64,000 nt of DNA from Denitratisoma sp. GTDB taxonomy: Bacteria > Pseudomonadota > Gammaproteobacteria > Burkholderiales > Rhodocyclaceae. Location: positions 189,950-253,949 of the forward strand of contig JAVSMO010000001.1 in the NCBI GenBank assembly GCA_032027165.1, given 5' to 3'. Positions within the stretch are counted from its first letter, which is position 1, and every line of letters begins with the position of its first letter. The notes beneath the pieces are model-generated. The model saw only the letters and a program-made list of their open reading frames with translations, searched no databases and was not told the origin of the DNA. Shown here one piece after another: positions 46,124 through 56,514 of this stretch. The translations under genes and the position numbers were made by a program.

Positions 46124-46603
46124 TCAACCTGCTCGCCAATGGCCGCTCTTGCCGCCGGCTTTTTCCAGTAGACGTATATTTTCGAAATATATTCCACGGT
46201 CGACGGCCTTGCACATGTCGTAGATGGTCAGCAGGCCGATGCTGACCGCGGTCAGCGCCTCCATTTCCACGCCGGTGCGGCCGACGGTTTCGGCCGTTGC
46301 TTCGCAGGTGATGCTGGCGCGCGCACGGTCGATGGAAAACTCCACGCCGACCCGTGTCAGGGGGACCGGATGACAGAGGGGGATCAGGTCCGAGGTGCGC
46401 TTTGCCGCCTGGATGGCGGCAATGCGCGCCACGCCGAGGACGTCGCCCTTCCTGGCGTCGCCGGATTCGATGAGGGCCAGGGTTGCAGGTTGCATGAAGA
46501 CGGTGCCGACGGCACGGGCGATGCGATGCGTTTCGCCCTTTTCGGCCACGTCGACCATGTGTGCCTGGCCGCGGGCATCGAAATGCGTCAGGGGCTTGGA
46601 CAT
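46124..46603 (-). CDS. moaC: Cyclic pyranopterin monophosphate synthase
   Basis: 159 aa starting MSKPLTHFD, with [28 protein letters not shown]. The ORF-track N-terminal extension is artefactual. Confidence 0.92.
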   Translation of the reverse strand: MSKPLTHFDARGQAHMVDVAEKGETHRIARAVGTVFMQPATLALIESGDARKGDVLGVARIAAIQAAKRTSDLIPLCHPVPLTRVGVEFSIDRARASITCEATAETVGRTGVEMEALTAVSIGLLTIYDMCKAVDRGIYFENIRLLEKAGGKSGHWRAG

Positions 46604-46614
46604 GGCCGGCCTGT

Positions 46615-47064
46615 TCAGGCGGAGGGCGCCGGCGGCGGGGGGATGTTCAGGTCGGTCCAGTAGCGGCCGAGCAGTTCGACGGTCTCGCGCAGGCGGCCGT
46701 AATCCAGGGGCTTGCGCACATAGCTGTTGGCGCCGAGCAGGGCCGCAGCACGCACGTCGCGCTGCTCGGAGGAGGCCGACAGGATCACTACCGGCAGCAG
46801 CCGGGTGCGCGGATGCTCGCGCAGTTCGCGCAGGACTTCCAGGCCGTTCACCTTGGGCAGGTTCAGGTCGATCAGCGCCACGCCCGGCAGGTCGTCGCTG
46901 CTGCGCCTGGCATGGGCGTTGCGGGCGAAGAGATAATCCAATGCCTCCACGCCATCGCTGCACAGCGCGACCATGTCTTCCGGGATGACGGGCTGCAGGG
47001 CGTTCAGGATCAGCCGGGTGTCCTCTGGCGAATCTTCGGCGAGCAGCAGGGCGTGTGTACTCAA
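46615..47064 (-). CDS. Receiver-only (CheY-like) response regulator
   Basis: LLAEDSPED, phosphoacceptor context [15 protein letters not shown]. No output domain. TTG start. Confidence 0.85.
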   Translation of the reverse strand: MSTHALLLAEDSPEDTRLILNALQPVIPEDMVALCSDGVEALDYLFARNAHARRSSDDLPGVALIDLNLPKVNGLEVLRELREHPRTRLLPVVILSASSEQRDVRAAALLGANSYVRKPLDYGRLRETVELLGRYWTDLNIPPPPAPSA

Positions 47065-47161
47065 GGGAGAACCTTCTCTGATCGGGACGATCTGATCAAT
47101 TTACTTTTTGTTACCTTTGGCCGCCATTCTAGCCGATGTGCACCAAGGTATCATATAAGCG

Positions 47162-48607
47162 ATGAGATTCAGAACACTGGCATCCTTCGCCTTTCTCGCG
47201 ATCCTGGCGCCCGGCGCTTACGCCGAGGGCTTGCCCGAACTGGGCGAGGCCTCCCGGTCGGACCTGCCGCCCCATATGGAAAGGCGCATCGGCGAGTCGA
47301 TCGTTCGAGACATCCGCCTGCGGGAGCCGGCCTATATCGACGATGTCGAGATTGCCGCCTACCTGAATTCCCTGGGTGCACGCCTCACGGCGGCCATGCC
47401 CGAGGCGGGCCAGAGCTTCGAGTTCTTTGCCCTGCGCGATGCCACGCTGAATGCCTTTGCGCTGCCGGGCGGCTATATCGGCGTGCATAGCGGCCTCATT
47501 CTTGCAGCGCAGTCCGAGTCCGAGCTGGCCGGCGTGCTTTCGCACGAAATCGCCCACGTTACGCAAAAGCACCTGGCCCGGCTGATGGGCAAGCAGAACC
47601 AGGCCCAGGTGACGCAGTGGCTGGCGCTGGCCGTGGCGATCCTGGCGGCGCGCTCGAATTCCGACGCGAGCCAGGCGGCGATCGTGGCAGGCACGGCCGC
47701 CGGCGTGCAGACCATGCTCAACTACACGCGCGATTTTGAGCGCGAGGCCGACCGCATCGGCATCCAGACCCTCGATCGGGCCGGCTTCGACGTGCGCGGC
47801 ATGGCCAGCTTCTTCGAGCGCATGCAGAAGTTCGGGCGCCTCTACGAGAACAACGCGCCCGGCTACCTGCGCACCCACCCGCTCACCGTCGAGCGCATCA
47901 GCGACATGGAGAACCGGATCCTGCAGGCGCAGTACCGGCAGGTGGCGGATTCGACCGAGTTCCAGCTGGTGCGGGCCAAGCTGAGATCAGGCCAGGGCGA
48001 CCCGCGCGACGCCGTCACCGATTTTGAAACCCAGCTGCAGGAACGCAAGTATCTGTCCGAGGCCTCGGCCCGTTATGGACTGGCCATGGCGCAGATGCGG
48101 GCGAGGAACTACCCTGCCGTCGAACGCGAGCTTGCCGAATTGCGCCGGCTCAAGGCGTCCTCGCCCATGATCGACACCCTGGCCACGGATGTGAGGAAGG
48201 CGCAGGGCGACATGGCCGGGGCGCTGAAGCTGTATCGCGAGGCCCGCATTCGCCATCCCCGCAACAGGGCGCTGCTCTACGGCCAGATCGATGCGCTGCT
48301 GGCGAACGGCCAGGCCCAGGCGGCGTTGAAGACGGCGACCGACGAACTGCAGCTGACGCCCTCCGACGCCGCCCTGCACGGTCTGCAGGCGAAAAGCTAC
48401 GCCGCCCTCGGCAAGCGCCTGCAGCAGCATCGCGCCCAGGCCGAACTGTACGCACTGCGGGGCCAGCTGGTGGCGGCGATCCAGCAGCTGGAGCTGGCCC
48501 AGAAGGCCGGCGACGGCGACTTCTTCGAGCATTCCCAGGTCGATGCACGCCTGCGCGAGCTGCGGGTCCGGCAGCAGGAGGAAGCGAAGCAAAAGTTGCC
48601 CCTGTAA
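47162..48607 (+). CDS. bepA: M48 metalloprotease with C-terminal TPRs (BepA/YfgC-like)
   Basis: Signal peptide, HEIAHV zinc motif, downstream E...D ligand region and a TPR-like C-terminus. Confidence 0.8.
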   Translation: MRFRTLASFAFLAILAPGAYAEGLPELGEASRSDLPPHMERRIGESIVRDIRLREPAYIDDVEIAAYLNSLGARLTAAMPEAGQSFEFFALRDATLNAFALPGGYIGVHSGLILAAQSESELAGVLSHEIAHVTQKHLARLMGKQNQAQVTQWLALAVAILAARSNSDASQAAIVAGTAAGVQTMLNYTRDFEREADRIGIQTLDRAGFDVRGMASFFERMQKFGRLYENNAPGYLRTHPLTVERISDMENRILQAQYRQVADSTEFQLVRAKLRSGQGDPRDAVTDFETQLQERKYLSEASARYGLAMAQMRARNYPAVERELAELRRLKASSPMIDTLATDVRKAQGDMAGALKLYREARIRHPRNRALLYGQIDALLANGQAQAALKTATDELQLTPSDAALHGLQAKSYAALGKRLQQHRAQAELYALRGQLVAAIQQLELAQKAGDGDFFEHSQVDARLRELRVRQQEEAKQKLPL

Positions 48608-48751
48608 GGCCGACTTGAATCGCTTATGGGTTGATGCAGGTCAAAAAATCGACCCCCCCTATTTCACAATAAAATAAAACGATTATTGCCACTTCCCGGA
48701 AGTGTTAGCCTTCGCTCCGACTCGAAAAAGGCTATATAGGGAGGAGACGCA

Positions 48752-49960
48752 ATGGCACTGGTCAATCCGCACGGCGGGGGCGCGCTGAAGCCCCTGTTGC
48801 TGCAGGGCGAGGCGCACAAGGCCGAACTGGCGCGCGCCCAGACGCTGCCGAAAATCAAGGTCAGCTCTCGCGAGAAGGGCGACATCATCATGCTGGGCAT
48901 CGGCGGCTTCACGCCGCTCGACGGCTTCATGACCCACAGCGACTGGCAGGGCGTGTGCGACGGCATGAAGATGGCCAGCGGCCTGTTCTGGCCGATTCCC
49001 ATCACGCTGTCGACCGACAAGGCGACCGCCGATTCGCTGAAGACCGGCGGCGACGTCGCGCTGCTCGACCCGGACAGCGGCGAGATCCTCGCCACCATGA
49101 AGGTCACCGAGAAGTACGCCATCGACAAGGCGCACGAGTGCGCCATGGTCTTTAAGACCACCGACATGGAGCACCCCGGCGTCAAGATGGTGATGGAGCA
49201 GGGCGACGTGAACCTCGCCGGTCCCGTCAAGGTGCTCTCGCAGGCCGAGTTCCCCGCCAAGTACGGCGAGTTGTTCATGACCCCGGCGCAGACCCGGGCG
49301 CTCTTCGACTCCTACGGCTGGTCGAAGGTCGCCGCCTTCCAGACGCGCAACCCGATGCACCGCTCGCACGAGTACCTGGCCAAGGTGGCCATCGAGACCT
49401 GCGACGGCGTGCTGATCCATTCGCTGCTCGGCAACCTCAAGCCCGGCGACATTCCCGCCGACGTGCGCGCCGAGGCCATTGCCACGCTGACCGACAAGTA
49501 CTTCGTCAAGAAGACCGTGGTGCAGGCCGGCTACCCGCTCGACATGCGCTACGCCGGCCCGCGCGAAGCGCTGCTGCACGCGCTGTTCCGCCAGAACTAC
49601 GGCTGCTCGCACCTGATCGTCGGCCGCGACCATGCCGGCGTCGGCAGCTACTACGGCCCCTTCGACGCCCACCACATCTTCGACGAGATCCCGAAGGGCG
49701 CGCTGGAGACCCAGCCGCTGAAGATCGACTGGACGTTCTGGTGCTACAAGTGCGGCGGCATGGCCTCCGCCCGCACCTGCCCGCACGGCGATGAGGATCG
49801 CCTGCTGCTGTCGGGCACCAAGCTGCGCAAGATGCTTTCGGAAGGCGGCGACGTGCCGCCGGAGTTCTCCCGTCCCGAAGTGCTGGAGATCCTGCGCGCG
49901 TACTACGCGGGACTGACCGAAAAAGTTGAAATCAAGCTCGCCGGCCATTCGGCGCGCTGA
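48752..49960 (+). CDS. sat: Sulfate adenylyltransferase (dissimilatory-type ATP sulfurylase)
   Basis: [13 protein letters not shown] and GRDHAGVG motifs. GGAGGAG RBS. Confidence 0.93.
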   Translation: MALVNPHGGGALKPLLLQGEAHKAELARAQTLPKIKVSSREKGDIIMLGIGGFTPLDGFMTHSDWQGVCDGMKMASGLFWPIPITLSTDKATADSLKTGGDVALLDPDSGEILATMKVTEKYAIDKAHECAMVFKTTDMEHPGVKMVMEQGDVNLAGPVKVLSQAEFPAKYGELFMTPAQTRALFDSYGWSKVAAFQTRNPMHRSHEYLAKVAIETCDGVLIHSLLGNLKPGDIPADVRAEAIATLTDKYFVKKTVVQAGYPLDMRYAGPREALLHALFRQNYGCSHLIVGRDHAGVGSYYGPFDAHHIFDEIPKGALETQPLKIDWTFWCYKCGGMASARTCPHGDEDRLLLSGTKLRKMLSEGGDVPPEFSRPEVLEILRAYYAGLTEKVEIKLAGHSAR

Positions 49961-49969
49961 TTTTGGTTC

Positions 49970-50001
49970 ACGCCGGCACAAGGGTGCCGGCGTCGTTTTT
50001 T
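49970..50001 (+). terminator. Strong hairpin with T-run between sat and aprB (terminator/attenuator)
   Basis: ACGCCGGCAC-AAGG-GTGCCGGCGT (10-bp stem), then CGTTTTTTT, which runs directly into the AGGAGAAGG RBS of aprB. Confidence 0.6.
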
Positions 50002-50013
50002 AGGAGAAGGAAA

Positions 50014-50490
50014 ATGCCAACCTTTGTTCGTACCGAGAAATGCGATGGCTGCAAGGGCCAGGACAAGACCGCCTGCATGTACATCTGCCCGCACAACCTG
50101 ATGAAGCTGGACAAGGACGGTTCCGACACCGGCCATGCCATGAAGGCCTACAACCAGGAGCCGGAGCAGTGCTGGGAGTGCTACTCCTGCGTGAAGATCT
50201 GCCCGCAGAACGCCATCGAGGCGCGCCACTACGCCGACATCGTGCCGCTGGGCGGCTCGGTGCAGCCCCTGCGCGGTTCCGACTCCATCATGTGGACCAT
50301 CAAGTTCCGCAACGGCACCATCAAGCGCTTCAAGTTCCCGATCCGCACCACCGCCGAAGGCTCGATCGACCCGTACGGCGGCAAGCCGATGCCGAAGATG
50401 GCCGACCTCGACAAGCCGGGCGTCTTCACCAAGGACGTCATGGGCGGCTACCGCGGCGGCAAGGCCGACGAACTGATCCGCGTGAAGTAA
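50014..50490 (+). CDS. aprB: Adenylylsulfate reductase beta subunit
   Basis: MPTFVRTEKCDGCKG..CMYICP and CWECYSCVKICP ferredoxin motifs, plus the AprB-specific C-terminal tail. Confidence 0.93.
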   Translation: MPTFVRTEKCDGCKGQDKTACMYICPHNLMKLDKDGSDTGHAMKAYNQEPEQCWECYSCVKICPQNAIEARHYADIVPLGGSVQPLRGSDSIMWTIKFRNGTIKRFKFPIRTTAEGSIDPYGGKPMPKMADLDKPGVFTKDVMGGYRGGKADELIRVK

Positions 50491-50527
50491 GCGGCGAACC
50501 GACAACTTTCGAAATAAGGTGACTGCA

Positions 50528-52552
50528 ATGTCTGGAACTTTTGACAAACCCGAGATCGTCCAGGAAGAAGTGGACATCCTTCTCATCGGCGGCGGCATGG
50601 CCTGCTGCGGCGCCGGCTACGAGATCATGCGCTGGGCCGAGGCCGTCAAGGCCGAGACCGGCAAGGAACTGAAGATCAAGCTGGTCGACAAGGCCGCCAT
50701 GGACCGCTCCGGCGCCGTGGCCCAGGGCCTGTCCGCCATCAACACCTACATCGGCCCCGAGCAGGACCCGGCCGACTACGCCCGCATGGTCTCCAACGAC
50801 CTGATGGGCATCACCCGCGACGACCTGGCCTACGACCTCGGCCGCAACGTCGACGACTCCGTGCACCTCTTCGAGGAATGGGGCCTGCCGATCTGGAAGA
50901 CCGACGCCGACGGCGTGCGCCACGACGGCGCCGAGTCGCAGCGCGAAGGCCTGCCCGCCCTGAAGGACGGCGGCAAGCCGGTGCGTTCGGGCAAGTGGCA
51001 GATCATGATCAACGGCGAATCCTACAAGTGGATCGTCGCCGAAGCCGCCAAGAAGGCCCTCGGCCTCGACCGCATCCAGGAGCGCGTCTTCATCGTCAAG
51101 CTGGTGAACGACAAGAACGACCCGTCGCGCGTCGCCGGCGCGGTCGGCTTCTCGGTGCGCGAGAACAAGATCTACGTGTACAAGGCCAAGGCCATCCTGC
51201 TGGCCGCCGGCGGCTGCGTGAACCTGTTCCGTCCGCGTTCGGTGGGCGAGGGCACGGGCCGCGCCTGGTACCCGGTGTGGAACGCCGGCTCGACCTACGC
51301 CATGGCTGCCGAAGCCGGTGCCGAGCTGACGATGATGGAAAACCGCTTCGTGCCGGCCCGCTTCAAGGACGGCTACGGCCCGGTCGGCGCCTGGTTCCTG
51401 CTCTTCAAGGCCAAGGCGACCAACGCCTACGGCGAAGACTACATGGTCAAGAACAAGGAGATGCTGAACGACTACCCGCCCTACGGTCAGGCCGCCGTTC
51501 CCGCCTCCTGCCTGCGCAACCACCTCATGCTGAAAGAGATGAAGGAAGGCCGCGGCCCGATCTACATGGACACCGTCACCGCGCTGGCCAAGCTGCGCGA
51601 GACCCTGACGCCGAAGGAAGTGAAGCACCTCGAAGCGGAAGCCTGGGAAGACTTCCTCGACATGTGCATCGGCCAGTGCGGCATCTGGGTCGGCGAGAAC
51701 ATCGAGCCCGAGAAGACCATGTCCGAGCTGATGCCGACCGAGCCCTACCTGCTCGGCTCGCACTCCGGCTGCTGCGGCATCTGGGTGTCCGGCCCGACCG
51801 ACGTTGGCGCGCCGACCACCGAGGAACTGCCGGGCGTGCCCGAGCACCTGCCGAAGGGCTGGAACTGGGGCTACCGCTCGATGACCACGGTCAAGGGCCT
51901 GTTCACCGCCGGCGACGGCGTCGGCGCCTCGGGCCACAAGTTCTCCTCCGGTTCGCACACCGAAGGCCGCCTCGCCTCCAAGGCCATGGTCAAGTACGCC
52001 CTCGACAACAAGGACTGGAAGGTCGAGCTGGACACCGATCCCGCCGTCCTCGCCGAGGAGATCTACAAGCCGGTGCGCAACTTCCTCGAGCACAAGGACT
52101 ACAGCACCGCCATCGACGTGAACCCGATGTACATCACGCCGAAGATGCTGCAGTTCCGCCTGCAGAAGATCATGGACGAGTATGTCGCCGGTGTCGCCAC
52201 CTACTACAACACCAACGACAAGATGCTGGCCGTGGCCGAAGGCAAGCTGGAGATGCTCAAGGAAGACGCCCAGAAGATGCGCGCCAAGGACCTGCACGAG
52301 CTGCTGCGGGCCTGGGAGAACTACCACCGCATCCTGACCGCCGAAGCGCACATGAAGCACATCCAGTTCCGCGAGGAGAGCCGCTACCCCGGCTTCTACT
52401 ACCGCACCGACAAGAACTTCGTCGATGAGCAGAACTGGCACTGCTTCGTGAACTCCGTCTATGACAAGAACACCAAGAAGTGGACCTGCTTCAAGCGCAA
52501 GCACGTCGACCTGGTGGACAAGTCGAAGCTGTTCAAGGCGGCCGCGCACTAA
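50528..52552 (+). CDS. aprA: Adenylylsulfate reductase alpha subunit
   Basis: FAD motif DILLIGGGMACCGA. Length and context match AprA. ATG 50528 is preceded by AAGGTG. Confidence 0.93.
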   Translation: MSGTFDKPEIVQEEVDILLIGGGMACCGAGYEIMRWAEAVKAETGKELKIKLVDKAAMDRSGAVAQGLSAINTYIGPEQDPADYARMVSNDLMGITRDDLAYDLGRNVDDSVHLFEEWGLPIWKTDADGVRHDGAESQREGLPALKDGGKPVRSGKWQIMINGESYKWIVAEAAKKALGLDRIQERVFIVKLVNDKNDPSRVAGAVGFSVRENKIYVYKAKAILLAAGGCVNLFRPRSVGEGTGRAWYPVWNAGSTYAMAAEAGAELTMMENRFVPARFKDGYGPVGAWFLLFKAKATNAYGEDYMVKNKEMLNDYPPYGQAAVPASCLRNHLMLKEMKEGRGPIYMDTVTALAKLRETLTPKEVKHLEAEAWEDFLDMCIGQCGIWVGENIEPEKTMSELMPTEPYLLGSHSGCCGIWVSGPTDVGAPTTEELPGVPEHLPKGWNWGYRSMTTVKGLFTAGDGVGASGHKFSSGSHTEGRLASKAMVKYALDNKDWKVELDTDPAVLAEEIYKPVRNFLEHKDYSTAIDVNPMYITPKMLQFRLQKIMDEYVAGVATYYNTNDKMLAVAEGKLEMLKEDAQKMRAKDLHELLRAWENYHRILTAEAHMKHIQFREESRYPGFYYRTDKNFVDEQNWHCFVNSVYDKNTKKWTCFKRKHVDLVDKSKLFKAAAH

Positions 52553-52577
52553 GCCGTCCGCAGGTTGTCGGAAATGC

Positions 52578-52610
52578 AACCGGGCGCCGCAAGGCGCCCG
52601 GTTTGCTTTC
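52578..52610 (+). terminator. Rho-independent terminator after aprA
   Basis: AACCGGGCGCC-GCAA-GGCGCCCGGTT, then TGCTTTCC. Confidence 0.7.
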
Positions 52611-52704
52611 CAGCCCCGCATTCCCCCTGCTGTCGTGCGGGTTGGTGAATCGCAAGGTCCCGGACTATGATTCGGGAAATCAAGCCAGTGAAAGAGCAAG
52701 AGAC

Positions 52705-53625
52705 ATGAGCATGGACACCTACATGGCGAAGGACCTGCCCTTCCCCGAGAGCCCGGTCGTGCCGGAGATGGTGGATGGCGGCAAGACCATCCAGTTCCAG
52801 TGCCGCAAGGGCATCGCCTGCTGGAATGCCTGCTGCAGCAACATCGACATCTCGCTGACGCCCTACGACATCCTGCGCCTGAAGCGGCGGCTGGGACTCG
52901 CCTCGGCGCAGTTCCTGCAGCAGTACGCCGTGCCCTACGAGCTGGAGAAGGACGGCATCGCCGGCATCAAGCTGAAGCCGGTCAGCGGCGGCAGCGCCTG
53001 CCAGTTCATGACGCCGGAGGGCTGCAGCGTCTACGAGGATCGCCCGACCGCCTGCCGCTACTACCCGGTGGCGCTGCTGTCCATGCGCAAGCAGGACGAA
53101 TACACCGACACGCATTCCTACGCCCTGGTGAAGGAGGCGCATTGCCTCGGCCACAACGAGCCGCGCAGCCTCACCATCGACGAATACCGCGCCGAGCAGG
53201 GCCTGCCGGAATACGACGAGCAGGGCCGCGGCTGGCGCCAGCTGGTGCTGAAGAAGATGTCCTCGGGCCCGACGGTGGGCAAGCCCTCGGTGAAGAGCCG
53301 CCAGCTGTTCTTCATGACCTGCTACGACATCGACACCTTCCGCGCCTTCGTCGATTCCGGCCCCTTCAACGACCTCTACGACGTGCCGCCGGCCGAGCGC
53401 CAGGCCATGCTGGGCGACACGCTGGAGGCCGAGCAGCGGCTTCTGCAGTTCGGCTACCGCTTCCTGCGCCAGGTGCTGTTCGGCGAGGATTCGATCAGCC
53501 TGCACAAGGAGGCGGCGGAGAAGCGTCGCGAGCAGGCGCGGGCGAAGGCGCAGCAGGCCGAGCGCGAGGCCGCCGAGAAGCTGGCGCGCGAAGAGGATCC
53601 CCGCGACGAGGGGTTCGACGATTGA
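52705..53625 (+). CDS. YkgJ/UPF0153-family Cys-cluster (Zn/Fe-chelating) protein with charged coiled C-terminal tail
   Basis: [13 protein letters not shown] (CxxCC-type) and [23 protein letters not shown]. The C-terminus is [29 protein letters not shown] 52705 is chosen. Confidence 0.75.
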   Translation: MSMDTYMAKDLPFPESPVVPEMVDGGKTIQFQCRKGIACWNACCSNIDISLTPYDILRLKRRLGLASAQFLQQYAVPYELEKDGIAGIKLKPVSGGSACQFMTPEGCSVYEDRPTACRYYPVALLSMRKQDEYTDTHSYALVKEAHCLGHNEPRSLTIDEYRAEQGLPEYDEQGRGWRQLVLKKMSSGPTVGKPSVKSRQLFFMTCYDIDTFRAFVDSGPFNDLYDVPPAERQAMLGDTLEAEQRLLQFGYRFLRQVLFGEDSISLHKEAAEKRREQARAKAQQAEREAAEKLAREEDPRDEGFDD

Positions 53626-54446
53626 GCGAGGCGCTCGGTACCCGCGGCATCGCTCCCACCCTGGCGCGGATCGAGACCGAGCCGTACTACCAGGCCATCC
53701 ATGACGAGGTGGCCCTCTTCGAATCCGCCCATCGCCGCCGCCTGCCGGTGCTGCTGAAGGGGCCGACCGGCTGCGGCAAGACGCGTTTCGTCGAATACAT
53801 GGCCTGGAGGCTGAAGAGGCCGCTGGTCACCGTGGCCTGCCACGACGACCTCACCACCGCCGACCTCGTCGGCCGCTACCTCATCGTCGGCAACGAGACG
53901 GTGTGGGTGGACGGCCCGCTGGCCGCCGCGGTGCGCGCCGGCGCCATCTGCTATCTCGACGAGATTGTCGAGGCGCGCAAGGACACCACGGTTGTGATCC
54001 ATCCGCTGGCCGACAACCGCCGCCTGCTGGCCATCGACAAGCGCGGCGAACTGCTCGCCGCGCCGGACGACTTCATGCTGGTGATCTCCTACAACCCCGG
54101 CTACCAGAGCGTGCTGAAGGAGATCAAGCCGTCCACGCGCCAGCGCTTTGTCGCGCTGGAATTCGACTACCCCGAGGCCGCCGTCGAGGCCGGCATCGTC
54201 GCCACCGAAGGCGGCGTCGACGCCGGGACGGCCCGCCGCCTGGTCAAGCTGGCCGAACTGACGCGCAACCTGAAGGGCGCCGGTCTCGACGAGGGCGCCA
54301 GCACGCGCCTGCTGGTGCACGCCGCCCAGCTCATCGCCGACGGCGTCGAACCGGCGGCGGCCTGCACCGCGGCGGTCGCGCGGGCGCTGAGCGACGATCC
54401 CGAGATGACGGGGACGCTGGATGACCTCGTCCACGCCGTCTTCTAG
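53622..54446 (+). CDS. MoxR-class AAA+ ATPase of the CbbQ/NorQ/NirQ type
   Basis: Walker A GPTGCGKT, Walker [11 protein letters not shown], about 274 aa. The TTG start overlaps the upstream stop (TTGA). Confidence 0.88.
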   Translation: MSEALGTRGIAPTLARIETEPYYQAIHDEVALFESAHRRRLPVLLKGPTGCGKTRFVEYMAWRLKRPLVTVACHDDLTTADLVGRYLIVGNETVWVDGPLAAAVRAGAICYLDEIVEARKDTTVVIHPLADNRRLLAIDKRGELLAAPDDFMLVISYNPGYQSVLKEIKPSTRQRFVALEFDYPEAAVEAGIVATEGGVDAGTARRLVKLAELTRNLKGAGLDEGASTRLLVHAAQLIADGVEPAAACTAAVARALSDDPEMTGTLDDLVHAVF

Positions 54447-56514
54447 AAAGCTTTTCTCCGACGAACTCGAGCAGCGCCTCGACGAGCTGCTCTTCGCCTC
54501 CACCTCGCACCGTTCGGCGAAGGGCATTGCCGACGGCCTCGAGCGACTCAAGCGCGAAGAACAGGAGCGCGTGCTGCACTGGGTCGGCGTCGCCGCCCAG
54601 TCGTATGCCGAGATCGGCTATCAGGTCGCCGCGCTGGCGCCGCACGCGCTCGAACGGCTGGATGCCGCGGGCTTCGAGGCCTGGGTGCTGGCCGGTCTGG
54701 ACGCCTACGACCGCCAGGGCGGTCAGGCGGCGATGGCCTTGCTGCGCGACCTCGACGGTTTTTGCGCGCTGCGCGAGAACGCGCCCGCAGCGGCGTCTCT
54801 CGCCGATATCGAGACGCGCCTGGGGCGCTTCCTGCAGGGCCTGGCCGGCCGGCCGCTGGCACTCGCGGCGGGAGCGGTCGCCCACACCGACACCGAGACC
54901 GTCTTCCTGCCGGCGCAACTGGCGTCGCTGCCGACGCAGGATGGCAACCGCCGCCTCTACAAGGCGACGGCGGCGCTGCTGTGGGCGCAGACGCGCCATG
55001 GCACCTTCGGCACGGCGGCGGTGGACATCGAGGCGGCGTTCGCGCGCTGGCCCGAGCGCGAGCGGGCGCTGCGCTGGTTCGCCGCGCTGGAGGCGGTGCG
55101 CCTCGAGGCGGTGCTGGGTGAGGAACTGCCCGGCCTCGCCGCCGAGATCGCCGCGCTGCGCGGGCCCTGGCCGGAGGAATTGCGCGCGGCCGTCGAACGG
55201 CTCGGCCGCCCCGATGCCGCCGTGTCGCAGACACTGACTTTTCTCGACGAATGCATGGCCGGCGAGGCGGAGCCGCCCTCGCTGCCGCATGCCGGCGCGA
55301 TCGACCTCGCGGCCGCGCTGCGCGTGCGCGCGGCGCGCATCGCGCGCGAGGCCGAGGTCGTGCGCAAGGCGCTGTCCACCCTGAAAGGCTTCGGCGGCCG
55401 CCAGGGCGCCGGCAAGCAGGCGCCGACGGTGAATCTCGAAGGCGGCAAGCTCGAATTCCGCCTCGACGGCGAAGCCATCGCGCTGCCGCCCGAGGCGCAG
55501 GCGGCAGCGCAGTCGCTGCTGCAGGACCTGGACGAACTGCCGCCGGAATGCCTGGTGCCGGCCGGCCCCGGCGCCTGGCAGCCGACCGAACGTGAAGAGT
55601 GCGAGAGCGGCGGCGAGGATGCCCTCACCAGCCACCGCGAGCCCCACCGTCGCTACGACGAGTGGGACTATCGCCGCCGCGCCTACCGCCGCGGCTGGTG
55701 CCATCTTTTCGAGATCGACCTGGCACCGGGCGATCCGGACTACGTGGCAAAAGTCAGTCTGCGCAATGCGGCGCCGATCCGCCAGATCCGCCGGCGCTTC
55801 GAGCTGCTGCGCGGCGAGGACCGCCTGCTCGGCCGCCAGCCCGAAGGCGAGGAGATCGATGTCGACGCCCTGGTCGAGGCGGCCGGCGACCGCGCCGCCG
55901 GCACCGAGCCGGAAGCGCGGCTGTACAGCCGCCGCATCCGCAACGAGCGTTCGCTGGCGGCGATGTTCATGGTGGACATGAGCGGCTCGACCAAGGGCTG
56001 GGTGAACGACGCCGAGCGTGAGTCGCTGGTGATGCTGTGCGAGGCGCTGGAGACGCTCGGCGACGCCTACGCCATCTACGGCTTTTCCGGCTGGACGCGC
56101 ACGCGCTGCGACATCTATCCGGTGAAGCGCTTCGACGAAGCCTACGACGCGGCGGTGCGCGCACGCATCGCCGCCATCGAGGCGAAGGACTACACGCGCA
56201 TGGGCGTGGCCATCCGCCATCTCACGCAATTGCTGGAAGCGCAGCCGGCGCGGCACAAGCTGCTGGTGACGCTCTCCGACGGCCGGCCGGACGACTTCGG
56301 CGACGAGTACCGCGGCCACTACGGCATCGAGGACACGCGTCGCGCGCTGCAGGAGGCGCACGAGCGCGGCGTGCGCAGCTACTGCGTCACCATCGACCGC
56401 CACGGCGCCGACTACCTGCCGCGCCTCTACGGCCCGGCGCGCTACACGGTGCTCGACGACGCGAAGAAACTGCCGCTGAAGGTGGCCGACATCTACCGCA
56501 GGCTGACCACCTGA
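54421..56514 (+). CDS. VWA-domain partner protein of the CbbO/NorD type
   Basis: 697 aa. C-terminal VWA with MIDAS VDMSGST and LSDGRPDD. Overlaps the AAA+ gene by 26 nt. Confidence 0.8.
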   Translation: MTSSTPSSRKLFSDELEQRLDELLFASTSHRSAKGIADGLERLKREEQERVLHWVGVAAQSYAEIGYQVAALAPHALERLDAAGFEAWVLAGLDAYDRQGGQAAMALLRDLDGFCALRENAPAAASLADIETRLGRFLQGLAGRPLALAAGAVAHTDTETVFLPAQLASLPTQDGNRRLYKATAALLWAQTRHGTFGTAAVDIEAAFARWPERERALRWFAALEAVRLEAVLGEELPGLAAEIAALRGPWPEELRAAVERLGRPDAAVSQTLTFLDECMAGEAEPPSLPHAGAIDLAAALRVRAARIAREAEVVRKALSTLKGFGGRQGAGKQAPTVNLEGGKLEFRLDGEAIALPPEAQAAAQSLLQDLDELPPECLVPAGPGAWQPTEREECESGGEDALTSHREPHRRYDEWDYRRRAYRRGWCHLFEIDLAPGDPDYVAKVSLRNAAPIRQIRRRFELLRGEDRLLGRQPEGEEIDVDALVEAAGDRAAGTEPEARLYSRRIRNERSLAAMFMVDMSGSTKGWVNDAERESLVMLCEALETLGDAYAIYGFSGWTRTRCDIYPVKRFDEAYDAAVRARIAAIEAKDYTRMGVAIRHLTQLLEAQPARHKLLVTLSDGRPDDFGDEYRGHYGIEDTRRALQEAHERGVRSYCVTIDRHGADYLPRLYGPARYTVLDDAKKLPLKVADIYRRLTT

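Noticed and set aside
50438-52699. 753-aa ORF antisense to aprA
   Set aside because: A shadow ORF; aprA on the plus strand is unambiguous.
54331-56403. 690-aa ORF antisense to the NorD-like gene
   Set aside because: A shadow ORF with Arg/Ala-rich composition. The plus strand carries the VWA/MIDAS motifs.
53622-56514. Calling the AAA+/VWA pair cbbQ/cbbO (Rubisco activase) or norQ/norD outright
   Set aside because: No cbbL/S/M or norC/B gene lies in the window. Family membership is clear, but the client cannot be assigned from the sequence, so the gene symbols are left empty.
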